A DNA stretch of 63,190 nucleotides, filler included, from Reclinomonas americana ATCC 50394 (GCA_048213135.1; 4 parts of 3 records of this genome joined end to end with filler, not necessarily neighbours in it); one strand, 5' to 3'. Counted from the first letter of the whole stretch, positions 11,770-24,411 are shown. Program-made: numbers and translations. Notes: generated by a model not told the origin, from the sequence alone.

Positions 11770-13018
11770 TCAACCACCGCTCGCACCGCATACTCCACTC
11801 GAATACTCAACCCATGCGTGGTACACGGCGACGCCTCCGGCACATGCAACGTCACGTGCGTGCTGCTCAGATACCGCTCATTCTCGACCACACACGGGCT
11901 CATGCGCACGTCGGAAATCGCCTCCAGCACCTCCTCCACCACCTCGTCCCGCTGGCGACTCTCGTACGTGGTGCGCCGCAGCAGCTTGACGTCGGCGGCC
12001 GCATTGTGCACGTGGCTGTGCGCGACAAAGTGCATGTCGCCGCGAATCTCCACGTCGACGCGACCGCCGGCAAAGAACATGCAGTGTGGGGCGTGCAGGG
12101 CAAAGGTGCCGAGGGCGCCCTCTGCGTCGGCGGCCACCGGGGCCACAAAGGCCAGCTCGTTGGTCAGCGGGCAGTGCTGCATGACGAGGAGGCGCTCGGA
12201 TTCGCGGAGGGCTTGGAGGGGGGCGGATTCGCGGTGGGTGTCGGGGTCCCAGGGGGCCGCCCAGGCCTCGGCGAGGAGGGTGTATTTGATTTGGCCGCAG
12301 AGGGTGCGGAAGGTGGAGGGGAGGTCGGAGGGGAGCCAGAGGGGGGTCTGAGAGGGGGGAGGAAAGGGGGAAGGGGGGAGGAGGGGAAGGGAGGAAAGGG
12401 GGATATGGGGAAGGGGGAGGGGGGGAAGGGATGAGGGAAGGGGGAAGGGGAAGAGAGAGGAAGGGGGGAAAGAAGGGGGAAGGGAGTGATGAGAAAAAGC
12501 AATGATGTGGTGGGATAAGAGGAAACGGAGGATCATAGGAAAGAAGGTGACGGGATTATACGAAGGGAGAAGAAGGTTTCGCCAACTGTGCGCGCCTTCA
12601 GCGACATACAGGAAAGAACTCATCCTTTCTACGCTCAGGTGCGCCGAGAGATTACAAGTTGACGAGAGGTCGACACGCAACTTCAAAGGATGTGACGCCC
12701 TTCTTCAAGAGAACACGGCCGTCGCTTGTGACGCCTGCAGCACAGGAGTGCAGCATGCAGTCAGTGATCCACGTTCAGCGAACGCGGCGGCACTCTGCTT
12801 TCTCCTTGCCTCTTTATCTCCTTTGTCTCTCTCTTTCTCGCTCTCTCTCTCTCAGTCTATCTCTCTCTCTCTGTGTCTCTCACTCTCTCTGTTTCTCTCA
12901 ATGTCGCTCTCTGTCTCTCAGTCTCAGTCTCTCTCTCTCTCAGTCTTTCTCTCTGATTCTCTCTCTGTCGCTCTCTCTCTCTCTCTCTCACAGTCAGTCT
13001 CTTCTCTCTCTCCCGTCG

Positions 13019-13065
<47 letters not shown>

Positions 13066-13573
13066 CTCTCCCACTCTGTGTCTCTGCAATTCTCCTTCTC
13101 CCTTTCCCTCTCTTGCCTCTCACTCACCATGTGCAAGTTCAGTGGGCACCACCACAGTCACTGAGCGCACCAGCGGCTGCACCACAGCTGTTGTCGCGGA
13201 GAGTGTGAGATCAACACGATGCAATTCGAATCTTCTACTTCACGACGCACATCGATGACTGCCGAGCACGACTTGTTCTTCGCCGACGGCGGTGAGGGAC
13301 AGAGAGTTGAGGACCGTCAGGTGTGGCACGTCGAGGGTGATGATCACAGGGAACGCTGGTGTGAGAGGGAGTGAGAGATGCGAGAGAGGGGAAAAGATGC
13401 GATATTTTTTCCCGACTCAACTGGTGCCGGAGATGACCAGTGCGTGGCGTGGGATGTGGAGGTCGAGGATAGGGTGGAGTGCAGTAGGTGCACTTGCTGG
13501 TGATGGTGGGGGTGAGGAGGCGCTGGCGGAAGACATTTGACGGGGCAACGATTGTCAATGTGGTGTCCTGCAT
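11770..13573 (-). CDS. Arrestin-domain (alpha-arrestin-like) protein exons
   Basis: FPVIITLDVPHLTVLNSLSLTAVGEEQV; LWLPSDLPSTFRTLCGQIKYTLLA (arrestin-N LPSxF...G.I.Y motif); FFAGGRVDVEI...VKLLRRTTY...LHVPEASPCT..LSIRVEYAVRAVV (arrestin-C). Confidence 0.75.
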
Positions 13574-13848
13574 GACAGTGTCTCACTTGTCTCTGATCAC
13601 CTTTGCATCCGCCTTTGCCGCTTGCCGCAAAGTGATATTTGCAGGAGGTGATGCCGTGACTTCGCGAGAGCACCCAAAGCATGTTTCGCGGCGCCGTTTG
13701 CAACCGCGATACCCGCTGCAGATTCCTGCACGCACAACAAAACTGCCCGCGATGAACAACGAAGAGATTCACTTGCGCGTTGCCCGCTGCACCGACACAG
13801 ACAACTTCCCTCGTCAATGTCAATTTGTTCCCTTTCTTTCTTACAATC

Positions 13849-16800
13849 TCAACACGAAAACACATACACCTGATCCGCAGCAGCCACCACCTTGCTGCCG
13901 TCACTGCTGCAGGTCACCGACTGCCAATCACGATTGGAATCACGAGGTGTCCACGTCACGCCAGAGTCCGTGGAGATGTACAGCAGGCCACCGTGCTCAA
14001 CAGCCGCCAACTTGCTGCCGTCACCACTGGAGGCCACTGACCGCCAGCTGCGAGTGGACTCGCGAGCCGTCCATGTCACGCCCGAATCGGAGGAGGTGTA
14101 AATCATACCACTGTATTCGACGGCCACCAGCTTGGCGCCGTCACTGCTGGAGGCCACCGCCGCCCAGCCCTGATTGGAATGGATAGCGCTGGCTGTCCAC
14201 GTCACACCCGAGTCAGTAGAGGTGTAGATCTGACTAGTCAACCCAGCAGCCACCAGCTTGATGCCGTCACCGCTGGAGGCCGCAGACCTCCATTCTCGAC
14301 TGGATTCACGAGCCGTCCACGTCACACCCGAGTCAGCAGAAGTGTAGATCTGGCCTCCAGTCACAACAGCCACCAGTTTGGTGCCGTCACTGCTGGAGGC
14401 CACCGACCACCACTGGCGAGTGAAACTGGATTCGCGAGCTGTCCAAGTCACACCAAAGTCAGTGGAGGTGTAGATCGCATCACCTTGCGCCACAGCCACG
14501 AGCTTGCTGCCATCACTGCTGGAGGCCACTGACTGCCAACTGCGATTGGATTCGCGAGCCGTCCACGTCACACCGGCGTTTGCAGACGTGTAAAGCAGAC
14601 CACCAATCATCGTAGCCACCAGCTTCGAGCCGTCACCGCTCGAGGCCACTGACGTCCAATGATTGGCTACCTGCAGACCCTGCGTTACTCCAGTCCACGT
14701 CACGCCAGTGTCCACAGACATGTAGATTTGGCCACCGTTCTCCACAGCCAACAGCTTCGTGCCATCGCTGCTGGAGGCCACTGACCGCCAGTTGCGACTC
14801 GAATCACGAGGCGTCCACGTCACACCCGAGTCAATGGAGGTGTAAATCTGACCGCCTTGCACCACAGCCACCAGCTTGCTGCCGTCACTGCTGGAGGCCA
14901 CAGAAGTCCAGCCACGAGTGGATTCACGGGCCGTCCACGTCGCACCGGAATCAGTGGAAGTGTAAATCTGACCACCGTACACCACTGCCACCAACTTGGT
15001 GCCGTTACTGTTGGACGCCACTCCACTCCACAGACGATCAGACTCGTGAGCCGTCCACGTCACGCCCGAGTCGGTGGACGTATATATCTGGCCACCACTC
15101 GCCACAGCCACCAGCTTGCTGCCGTCACTGCTGGTCGTCATAGAATACCAGATACGAGATGAGTCACGGGGAAGCCACGTCACACCAGAGTCAGAGGAGG
15201 TGTAAATCTGACCACCAATCACACTCGCCACCAGCTTGGTTCCATCACTGCTGGAGGCCACTGCCCACCACTGGCGGTTGGATTCGCGAGCCGTCCACGT
15301 CACACCAGAGTCCGTGGAGGTGTAAATCTGGCCACCGTTCACAACAGCAACCAGCCTGGTGCCATCGCTGCTCGAGGCCACTGACTGCCAGCCGCGAGCG
15401 GAATCACGAGCCGTCCATGTAACGCCAGAGTCGGAGGAGGTGTAAATCCGACCACCTTGTTCAACAGCCACCAATTTGGTGCCATTACTGCTGGAGGCCA
15501 CTGACGTCCAACTGCCAACATACCCAAGCGCAGTAATGCTAGTCGGGCAGACCGCGTCTGAGCACGAAGACCCTGTTTGTGACAACATGTCAGTGCTCAG
15601 GCGACAAAATAAGATCAACAATCACAGAGAGCAACCATCAACAAACTCACCAATCCATGGGCTCGCGCACTGACACGTACCATCACTCTTGCAAGTTCCA
15701 TGCCCCGAGCACGTAGTGGCCGCCACACAGCGCGTATCACACGAGGCACCATAGTAGTCAGCGCCACACTGGCATGTACCATCACCCTTGCAGATGCCGT
15801 GACCCGAGCACGTCGTGGCCGCCACACAGTTCACCGTGCACGACACACCATAATAGTCAGCGTCACACTGGCACGTGCCATCACTCTTGCACATTCCGTG
15901 ACCGGAACACGTGGCGATGGGACTGCAGTTACAGCTGGCATTGGTGTAGTCGCCAGTGCACTGGCACGAGCCGTCAGTCGGATTGACTGTGCCACGATCC
16001 GAGCACACTGAGCATGCGTAAATGTCAAACGTGTAAACCTGACCGCCTTGCACCGCCGCCACAAGCTTCGTGCCGTCACTGCTGATGCTCACTGACCACC
16101 ACTGACGATTGGAATCGCGAGGCGTCCACGTCACGCCAGAGTCAACGGAAGTGTAGATCGGACCACCGTACTCGATAGCAGCAAGCTTGTTGCCGTCGCT
16201 GCTGGAGGCCACTGACCGCCAGATGCGACTGGACTCACGCGGAGTCCACGTTACGCCGGAATCAGTGGAGGTGTAAATGTACCCGTTGGCGGCACTCGCC
16301 ACCAGCTTGGTGCCGTCACTGCTGGTGGCCACGCCGCTCCACTGGCGATTGGATTCGCGAGCCGTCCACACCACACCAGAATCACTGGAAGTATAGATCT
16401 GACCACCGTACTCGACCGCCACCAACTTGCTGCCGTCACTGCTGGAGGTCACAGAGAACCACTGTCGTATGGATTCGCGAGCCGTCCACGTCACGCCAGA
16501 GTCAACAGAAGTGTAGATCTTACCGTTAAAAGCAACAGCCACAAGTTTGGTGCCGTCGTTGTTAGAAGCAACTGAGTACCAAAAGCGACTGGAATCACGA
16601 GCCGTCCACGTCGCACCAGAGTCAACGGACGTGTATATCGGGCCAGCAGATTCGAGGGCCACCAATTTGGTGCCGTCACTGCTGGAGGCCACCCCATTCC
16701 ACTGGCGACTGGAATCACGGGCCGTCCACGTAACACCGGAGTCAGTGGAGGTGTAAATCAGACTGCTCAACCCAACAGCCACCAGCTTGGTACCGTTACT

Positions 16801-19800
16801 GTTGGAGGTCACTGATGTCCACTGCCCGACGGCGTGCAGTCCCTGAGTTGCTCCGGTCCACGTCACTCCAAAGTCAGCGGACGCGTAAATCTGACCCGAG
16901 TTCACAGAAGCCACCAGCTTGGAGCCGTCATTATTGGACGCCACAGACCGCCAGTCGCGACTTGACTCGCGAGCAGTCCACGTCTCGCCAGCGTCACTTG
17001 AGGTGTAAATCTGGCCGTATTGCACTGCAGCCACCAATCTGGAGCCATCGACACTGGAGGTCACAGAAATCCAGTTGCGATTGGAGTCCCGAGCCGTCCA
17101 CGTCACACCGGAGTCAGTGGAGGTGTAAATCTGACCACCAAACACAGTAGCTGTTAGCTTGATGCCGTCACTGCTGGAGGCCACCGAGAACCACTGTCGA
17201 TTCGAGTCACGAGCCGTCCACGTCATGCCAGAATCTGTGGAGGTGTAGATCTGACCACCAGAAACAACAGCCGCTTGCTTGGCTCCGTCACTGCTGGAGG
17301 CCACCGCACTCCAAGCTCGACTAGAATCCCGAGCCGTCCACGTCACACCAGAGTCAGAGGAGGTGTAAATCTGACCACCAAACACAGTAGCTGTTAGCTT
17401 GATGCCGTCACTGCTGGAGGCCACCGAGAACCACTGGCGATTGGAATCACGAGCCGTCCACGTCAATCCAGAGTCAGCGGAGGTGTAGATGAAACCACCG
17501 TTAACGCCGACAACAGCCACAAGCTTGGTGCCGTCACTACTCGAGGCCACTGAAATCCACTGGCGATTGGATTCACGAGCCGTCCATGTCGCGCCGGAAT
17601 CAGTGGAGGTGTAGATCTGACCACCCATCTCGACAGCCACCACCTTGGTTCCGTCACTGCTCGAAGCCACTGACTGCCACCTGCCAACGTATCCAAGAGT
17701 AGCAACAGCGGTTGAGTTGCAGGTTGAGCACGCGGACCCTGTTTGCAACAGATGGTTAGAACATCGAAAACTTCCAATCAGAAAACTACACCACTCACCA
17801 CTCCATGGACTTGTGCACGAGCAGGATCCATCGGTGTTGCACGTTCCGTGACCAGAGCACGTGGCAGTGGGACTGCAGTTGCAGCTGCCGTTGGTGTAGT
17901 CGCCCGTGCACTGGCATGTGCCGTCAGTGTTGCACATTCCGTGACCCGAGCAGGTGGTAGTGGGACTGCAGTTGCAGCTGGCATTGGTGTAGTCGCCCGT
18001 GCACTGGCATGTGCCGTCAGTGTTGCACATTCCGTGACCCGAGCAGGTGGTAGTGGGACTGCAGTTGCAGCTGGCATTGGTGTAGTCGCCCGTGCACTGG
18101 CATGTGCCGTCAGTCTTGCAAGTACCGTGACCGGAGCACGTCGCAGTGGGACTGCAGTTGCAGTTGGAATTCGTGTAGTCGCCCGTGCACTGGCATGTGC
18201 CGTCACTCTTGCACGTTCCGTGACCAGAGCACGTCGCAGTGGGACTGCAGTTGCAGTTGGCATTGANNNNNNNNNNNNNNNNNNNNNNNNNNNNNNNNNN
18301 NNNNNNNNNNTTAATTAATTAANNNNNNNNNNNNNNNNNNNNNNNNNNNNNNNNNNNNNNNNNNNNGGACTGCTCAGCTGGAACCGTTGCTCTTGATTAC
18401 ATTGGCACTTGGCAATCGGTTGCCTCCAGCAGTGACGGCACCAAGCAGGTGGCTGTTTTGTTTGGTGGCCAGATTTACACTTCCGCAAACTCTGGCGTGA
18501 CGTGGACGGCTCGGGACTCGAGTCGCAGTTGGCAGTCGGTGGCCTCCAGCAGCGACGGCAGCAAGCTGGTGGCAGTCGAGTACGGTGGTCGGATTTACAC
18601 CTCCGACGATTCGGGCGTGACGTGGACGGCTCGTGAATCCAATCGCGCGTGGTGGTCAGTGGCTTCCAGTAGCGACGGCAGCAAGCTGGTGGCGGTCGTG
18701 CATGGTGGCGACCAGATCTACACCTCCACGGACTCGGGTGTGTCGTGGACGGCTCGTGAGTCCAGTCGCGTCTGGCGGTCTGTGGCGTCCAGCAGTGACG
18801 GTACGAAGCTGGTGGCTGCGGAGCAGGATGGTCAGCTGTACACCTCCTCTGACTCGGGTGTGACGTGGACGACTCGCGAATCCAGTCGCCTGTGGAGTGG
18901 GGTGGCCTCGAGCAGCGACGGCACCAAGCTGGTGGCGAGTGTGATTGGCGGCCATATTTACACTTCCACGGACTCTGGCGTGACGTGGACGGCTCGTGAT
19001 GCGAATCGCCAGTGGTGGTCAGTGGCCTCCAGCAGCGATGGCAGCAAGTTGGCGGCCGTCGAGTACGGTGGACTGGTTTACATGTCCTCCGATTCGGGTG
19101 TGACGTGGACACCTCGCGGATCCAGTCGCAACTGGCGATCCGTGACCTCGAACAGCGACGGCAGCAGGGTGGTGGCCGTTGCAGATCAAATCTACGAGTT
19201 TTCGTCGAACTGCAGTCCCTCCAACACGTGTTCGGGTCACGGAACGTACAACAGTGGCGGCTCATGTCAGTGCGACGCTGACTATTACGGTGCCTCGTGC
19301 AATGTGCATTGTGTGGCGGCGACGACGTGCTCCGGTCACGGTACTTGCAAGACTGACGGCACATGCCAGTGCACGGGCGACTTCACCAACGCCACCTGCA
19401 ACTGCAGTCCCACTGCAACGTGCTCTGGCCACGGAACGTGCAAGACTGACGGCACATGCCAGTGNNNNNNNNNNNNNNNNNNNNGCGTTCGCGCACGCAG
19501 GTCCTGTGTGCGACAGCATGTCAGTGCTTCATGCTCACGTAAGAACCACAAATAAACTATTGACAAACTCACCACTCCACGAACTTGCGCATTGGCACGT
19601 TCCATCGGTGTTGCACGTGCCGTGACCAGAGCACGTGGCAGTGGGACTGCAGTTGCAGCTGGCGTTGGTGTAGTCGCCCGTGCAGAGACACGTGCCATCA
19701 CTCTTGCACGTGCCGTTGCCGGAGCATGTCGTCGCCGCCACACAATTCACATTGCATGATGCGCCGTAATAGTCGGCAGTGCACGTACAAGTGCCATTGG

Positions 19801-22800
19801 CGTTGCATGTGCCATGACCAGAGCACGTCGCAGTGGGACTGCAGTTGCAGCTGGCATTGGTGTAGTCGCCAGTGCACAGGCACGTGCCGTCAGTCTTGCA
19901 TGTTCCGTGACCAGAGCAGGTGGTGGCGGGACTGCAGTTGCACGAGAAAACATACACCTGATCTGCAGCAGCCACCAGCACGGTACCGTCGCTGCTCGTG
20001 GCTACAGCCTGCCAAGTGCGACTGGAATCACGAGGCGCCCATGTCACACCAGAGTCACTGGAAGTGTAAATCCGACCTCCGTACTCGAGAGCCGCCAGCT
20101 TGCTGCCGTCGCTGCTGGAGGCCACTGACACCCAGTAGCGACTCGCATTGCGAGCAGTCCATGTCACACCAGAGTCCGTGGAAATGTAAATCTGGTCATT
20201 AATCGCACCCACCACCAGATTGGTGCCGTCACTGCTGGAGGCCACTGACAGCCAAGCACGATTGGATTCGCGTGCCGTCCACGTCACACCAGAGTCAGTT
20301 GACGTGTAAATCTGACCATTATACACAGCTGCCACCAATTTGGTGCCGTCACTGCTGGAGGCCACCGACCGCCACAAGCGCGCCGACTCGCGTGCCGTCC
20401 ACGTCACACCAGAGTCAGTGGAAGTGTAAATCTGACCACCAAGTACAGTAGCAGTCAGCGTAATGCCATTACTGCTCGAGGCCACGGAGTACCAGCTGCG
20501 ATTGGAATCGCGGGCCACCCACGTCAAGCCAGAGTCAGTAGATGTGTAGATCTGACCGCCACCTACAACAGCCACCAACTTGCTGCCATCACTGCTCGAG
20601 GCCACTGAATACCAACTGCGATATGATTCGCGAGCCGTCCACGTTACACCAGAGTCAACGGAGGTGTAAATCTGACCACCAAACAAAGCAGCCGCCATCT
20701 TGGTGCCGTCACTACTTGAGGCCACTGATTTCCACTGGCTTGCCACATGCAGACCCTGGATCGCTCCGGTCCACGTCACACCAGAGTCAGTGGACGTGTA
20801 GATCTGACCACCACCGACCACAGCTACGAGCCTGGTGCCGTCACTGCTGGAGGTCAAAGAACGCCAGTTGCGACTTGACTCACGAGCCGTCCACGTCACG
20901 CCAGAGTCAGTGGAAGTGTAAATCTGACCACTGTTGCTCACAGCAGCGGCAAGCTTGGTGCCGTCACTGTTTGAGGCCACTGCATACCAGTTGCGACTGG
21001 AGTCATGAGCTGTCCACGTCACGCCAGAATCGGTGGACGTGTAAATCTGGCCATTTTGCACACCAGCCACCAGGTTGGTGCCATCACTGTTGGAGGCAAC
21101 CGCATTCCAGTTGCGACTTGAGTCACGAGCTGTCCACGTCACGCCAGAATCGGTGGACGTGTAAATCTGGCCACCTTGCACAACAGCAACCAGATTGGTG
21201 CCATCGCTGCTGGAGGCCACAGAGTACCAGTAGCGACTAAAATCACGGGGCAGCCACGTCACACCAGAGTCGGCGGATGTGTAGATCTGACCAGTGTACT
21301 CGATTGCTACCAGCTTGGTGCCGTCACTGCTGGAGGCCACAGATTGCCAGTTTCGACTGGAATCACGAGCTGCCCACGATGCGCCAGAGTTGGAAGAAGT
21401 GTAAATCCGGCCACCTTGCACAACAGCAACCAGATTGGAGCCGTCACTGCTGGAGGCCACTGATTTCCAGTCACGACTGGAATCACGAGCCGTCCAAGTC
21501 ACACCCGAGTCAGAGGATGTATAAATCTGACCAGAAAACAGAACGGCCACAAGCTTGGTGCCGTCACTGCTGGAGGCAACTGATTGCCAAGAACCAACGT
21601 ATCCAAGTGCAGCAATACCAATCGAACAGTCCCTGATTGAGCACATAGAGCCTATTGATGACAGCATGTCAGTGTTCACACACAACAATGCCACGGTCAG
21701 AAACTGCTGAACCACTCACCACTCCATGGACTTGAGCACTGGCATGTGCCATTGGTGTTGCACGTTCCGTGACCAGAGCACGTGATGCTGGGACTGCAGT
21801 TGCAACTGGCATTGGTGTAGTCGCCAGTGCAGAGACACGTGCCGTCACTCTTGCACGTTCCGTGGCCAGAGCACGTTGCAGTGGGACTGCAGTTGCAGGT
21901 GGCGTTGGNNNNNNNNNNNNNNNNNNNNNNNNNNNNNNNNNNNNNNNNNNNNNNNNNNNNNNNNNNNNNNNNNNNNNNNNNNNNNNNNNNNNNNNNNNNN
22001 NNNNNNNNNNNNNNNNNNNNNNNNNNNNNNNNNNNNNNNNNNNNNNNNNNNNNNNNNNNNNNNNNNNNNNNNNNNNNNNNNNNNNNNNNNNNNNNNNNNN
22101 NNNNNNNNNNNNNNNNNNNNNNNNNNNNNNNNNNNNNNNNNNNNNNNNNNNNNNNNNNNNNNNNNNNNNNNNNNNNNNNNNNNNNNNNNNNNNNNNNNNN
22201 NNNNNNNNNNNNNNNNNNNNNNNNNNNNNNNNNNNNNNNNNNNNNNNNNNNNNNNNNNNNNNNNNNNNNNNNNNNNNNNNNNNNNNNNNNNNNNNNNNNN
22301 NNNNNNNNNNNNNNNNNNNNNAACTGAGCACGCAGGTCCTGTGTGCGACAGCATGTCAGTGTTTCATGCGCACGTACAATTGACGATTACAAAACAACTA
22401 TTGACACACTCACCACTCCACGAACTTACGCATTGGCACGTTCCATCGGTGTTGCACGTGCCGTGACCAGAGCACGTAAGGCTGGGACTGCAGTTGCAGC
22501 TGGTGTTGGTGTAGTCACCCGTGCACAGGCATGTGCCGTCAGTCTTGCACGTTCCGTGGCCGGAGCACGTCACAGTAGGACTGCAGTTGCAGCTGGCATT
22601 CGTGTAATCACCAGTGCATAGACACGTGCCGTCAGTCTTGCATGTTCCGTGACCAGAACACGTCGTGGTGGGACTGCAGTTGCAGCTGACATTCGTGTAA
22701 TCACCAGTGCATAGACACGTGCCGTCAGTCTTGCATGTTCCGTTACCCGAGCACGTCGTCGCCGTCACACAGTCCACGTTGCACGAGGCACCGTAATAGT

Positions 22801-24206
22801 TGTTGCTGCACTGGCACGAACCATCGGCGTTGCACGTTCCGTGACCAGAGCACGTGGCAGTGGGACTGCAGTTGCAAGTGGCATTGGTGTAGTCGCCCGT
22901 GCACTGGCATGAGCCGTCGTTATTCAACGAGCCGTGGCCGGAACACGCTGCGCACGTGTTGAGGTCCAGCGTGTGGATCTGACCGTCGTACACACTCGCC
23001 ACCACCTTGTTGCCGTCGGCGTTGGAGGCCACGGCAAACCAGTTGCGATTCGAGTCGCGCGGCGCCCACGTCACACCCGAGTCGGTGGAGGTGTACATCT
23101 TGTCGTGACCGACCACAGCCACCAGCTTAGATCCGTCGCTGCTCGAGGCCACCGACCGCCACAACCGCGCCGACTCGCGTGCCGTCCACGATGCGCCGGA
23201 ATCAGTGGAGGTGTAAATCTGCCCACCGTGGGTGACGGCCACCAGCTTCGTCCCGTCCGCGCTGGAGGCCACGCCGACCCACGGGCGATTTGAGTCACGA
23301 GCCGTCCACGTCGCACCCGAGTCGGTAGAGGTGTAGAGCGCACCGTCACGCACCGCCGCCACCAACTTGGCGCCGTCAGCGCTGGAGGCCACCGCGACCC
23401 ACTGACGATGAGATTCACGCGGCGTCCACGTCGCCCCCGAGTCAGTGGAGGTGTAAATCGAGTCGCCGACGGCCACAGCTACCAGCTTCGTGCCGTCGTC
23501 GCTGGAGGCCACTGCCGACCACGCTTGCAGTGACCCACGTGGCGTCCACGTCACGCCCGAGTCGGAGGAGGTGTAAATGTTGCCGCCGCAGAACACGCAG
23601 GCCACGAGCTTGGTGCCGTCGTTGCTGGAGGCCACACTGACCCAATAGCGGTTCGTGTCGCGCGGCGTCCACGTCGCTCCCGAGTCGGTGGAGGTGTAGA
23701 TGCGACCGAACTCGACCACAGCCACCAACTTCGTGCCGTCGGCATTGGAGGCCACCGACCACCAAATGCGCTTCGATTCGCGCGGAATGGCGGAGCAAGA
23801 GGCGGGGGGTCCTCCACCTGCACGGACACGAGTCAGCTGATTATGGGGATGGCAGCATATCCATTCGTGTGCAACCAAACGCAACGAGTACTAAAACGCG
23901 AAGTGTGGATGTTGGCGGGCGACGACGACACACCACTGACTGCAATACCGCCGGTCGAACCTAAAGAGGAAACATCAATTGTGCGAACACGGAAAAATAA
24001 GATGCGCGGCCGCCAATTGACGGCATTGAGACACACAGAGGGAGGGAGAGAGAGACCGAGATGCACTGAGAGATGCAGATGGCCCACTCAACGCAACTGA
24101 CTCGCTCTTCGGACATTGAGGCAGACACGGACACGGCGACAAGCAGTAACAGCGCGAGTACCACGCTGATAAAAGGCAACGCCGTCTTGATTTTCGTTGA
24201 GCTCAT
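13849..24206 (-). CDS. Large secreted protein: signal peptide, at least 8 seven-bladed BNR/Asp-box beta-propellers interspersed with EGF-like repeats; no TM segment seen
   Basis: Exon 1 is MSSTKIKTALPFISVVLALLLLVAVSVSA. A 40-aa repeat R[DE]SxRxWxSVASSSDGxKLVAxxxGGQIYTSxDSGVTWTA occurs in blocks of 7 or 14, with a 31-aa repeat CSGHGTCKTDGTCQCTGDYTNASCNCSP. Introns at 22339-22413, 21652-21719, 19504-19572, 17739-17798, 15573-15650; TGA at 13849. Confidence 0.88.
18311..18322. other. Artificial contig spacer TTAATTAATTAA within N runs (also 37678-37689 and 58736-58747)
   Basis: Identical six-frame-stop 12-mer centred in N runs three times. Confidence 0.9.
18367..19464 (+). CDS. Opposite-orientation, gap-flanked cassette of the same propeller/EGF gene (7 blades plus ~3 EGF)
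   Basis: Same repeats on the + strand. When flipped it continues the exon start at 19485-19503 in frame (GPACANA+DCSAGT). Confidence 0.8.
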
Positions 24207-24347
24207 TGTTGATATCCTTCGAGAATGCACACACCCTGCAAGAAAGACACGCAAATGAGACACAAAGATGCGCAAAAAACGCATCTGAGGAGGTGCGACA
24301 TGCAGAACACCTGAAAACACTGCATGCTCGCGCCCACTCTCTGCGCC

Positions 24348-24353
24348 TTTATA
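24348..24353 (-). promoter_or_regulatory. Candidate TATA box of the propeller/EGF gene
   Basis: Minus strand CGCTATAAAGGCGC about 140 nt upstream of the ATG at 24206, in otherwise GC-rich sequence. Confidence 0.4.
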
Positions 24354-24379
24354 GCGACTCTACTCTCACAGCAGGCGAG

Positions 24380-24411
<32 letters not shown>

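Noticed and set aside
18311-18322. TTAATTAATTAA as a piggyBac target or recombination site
   Set aside because: Always centred in N runs; artificial linker.
14179-23293. Many antisense and alternative-frame ORFs over the repeat gene
   Set aside because: Shadow ORFs of GC-rich repetitive coding sequence.
13849-23790. 120-bp periodic repeats with variable segments as a CRISPR array or DGR
   Set aside because: They are in-frame protein repeats with synonymous variation; no cas genes, reverse transcriptase or template repeat seen.
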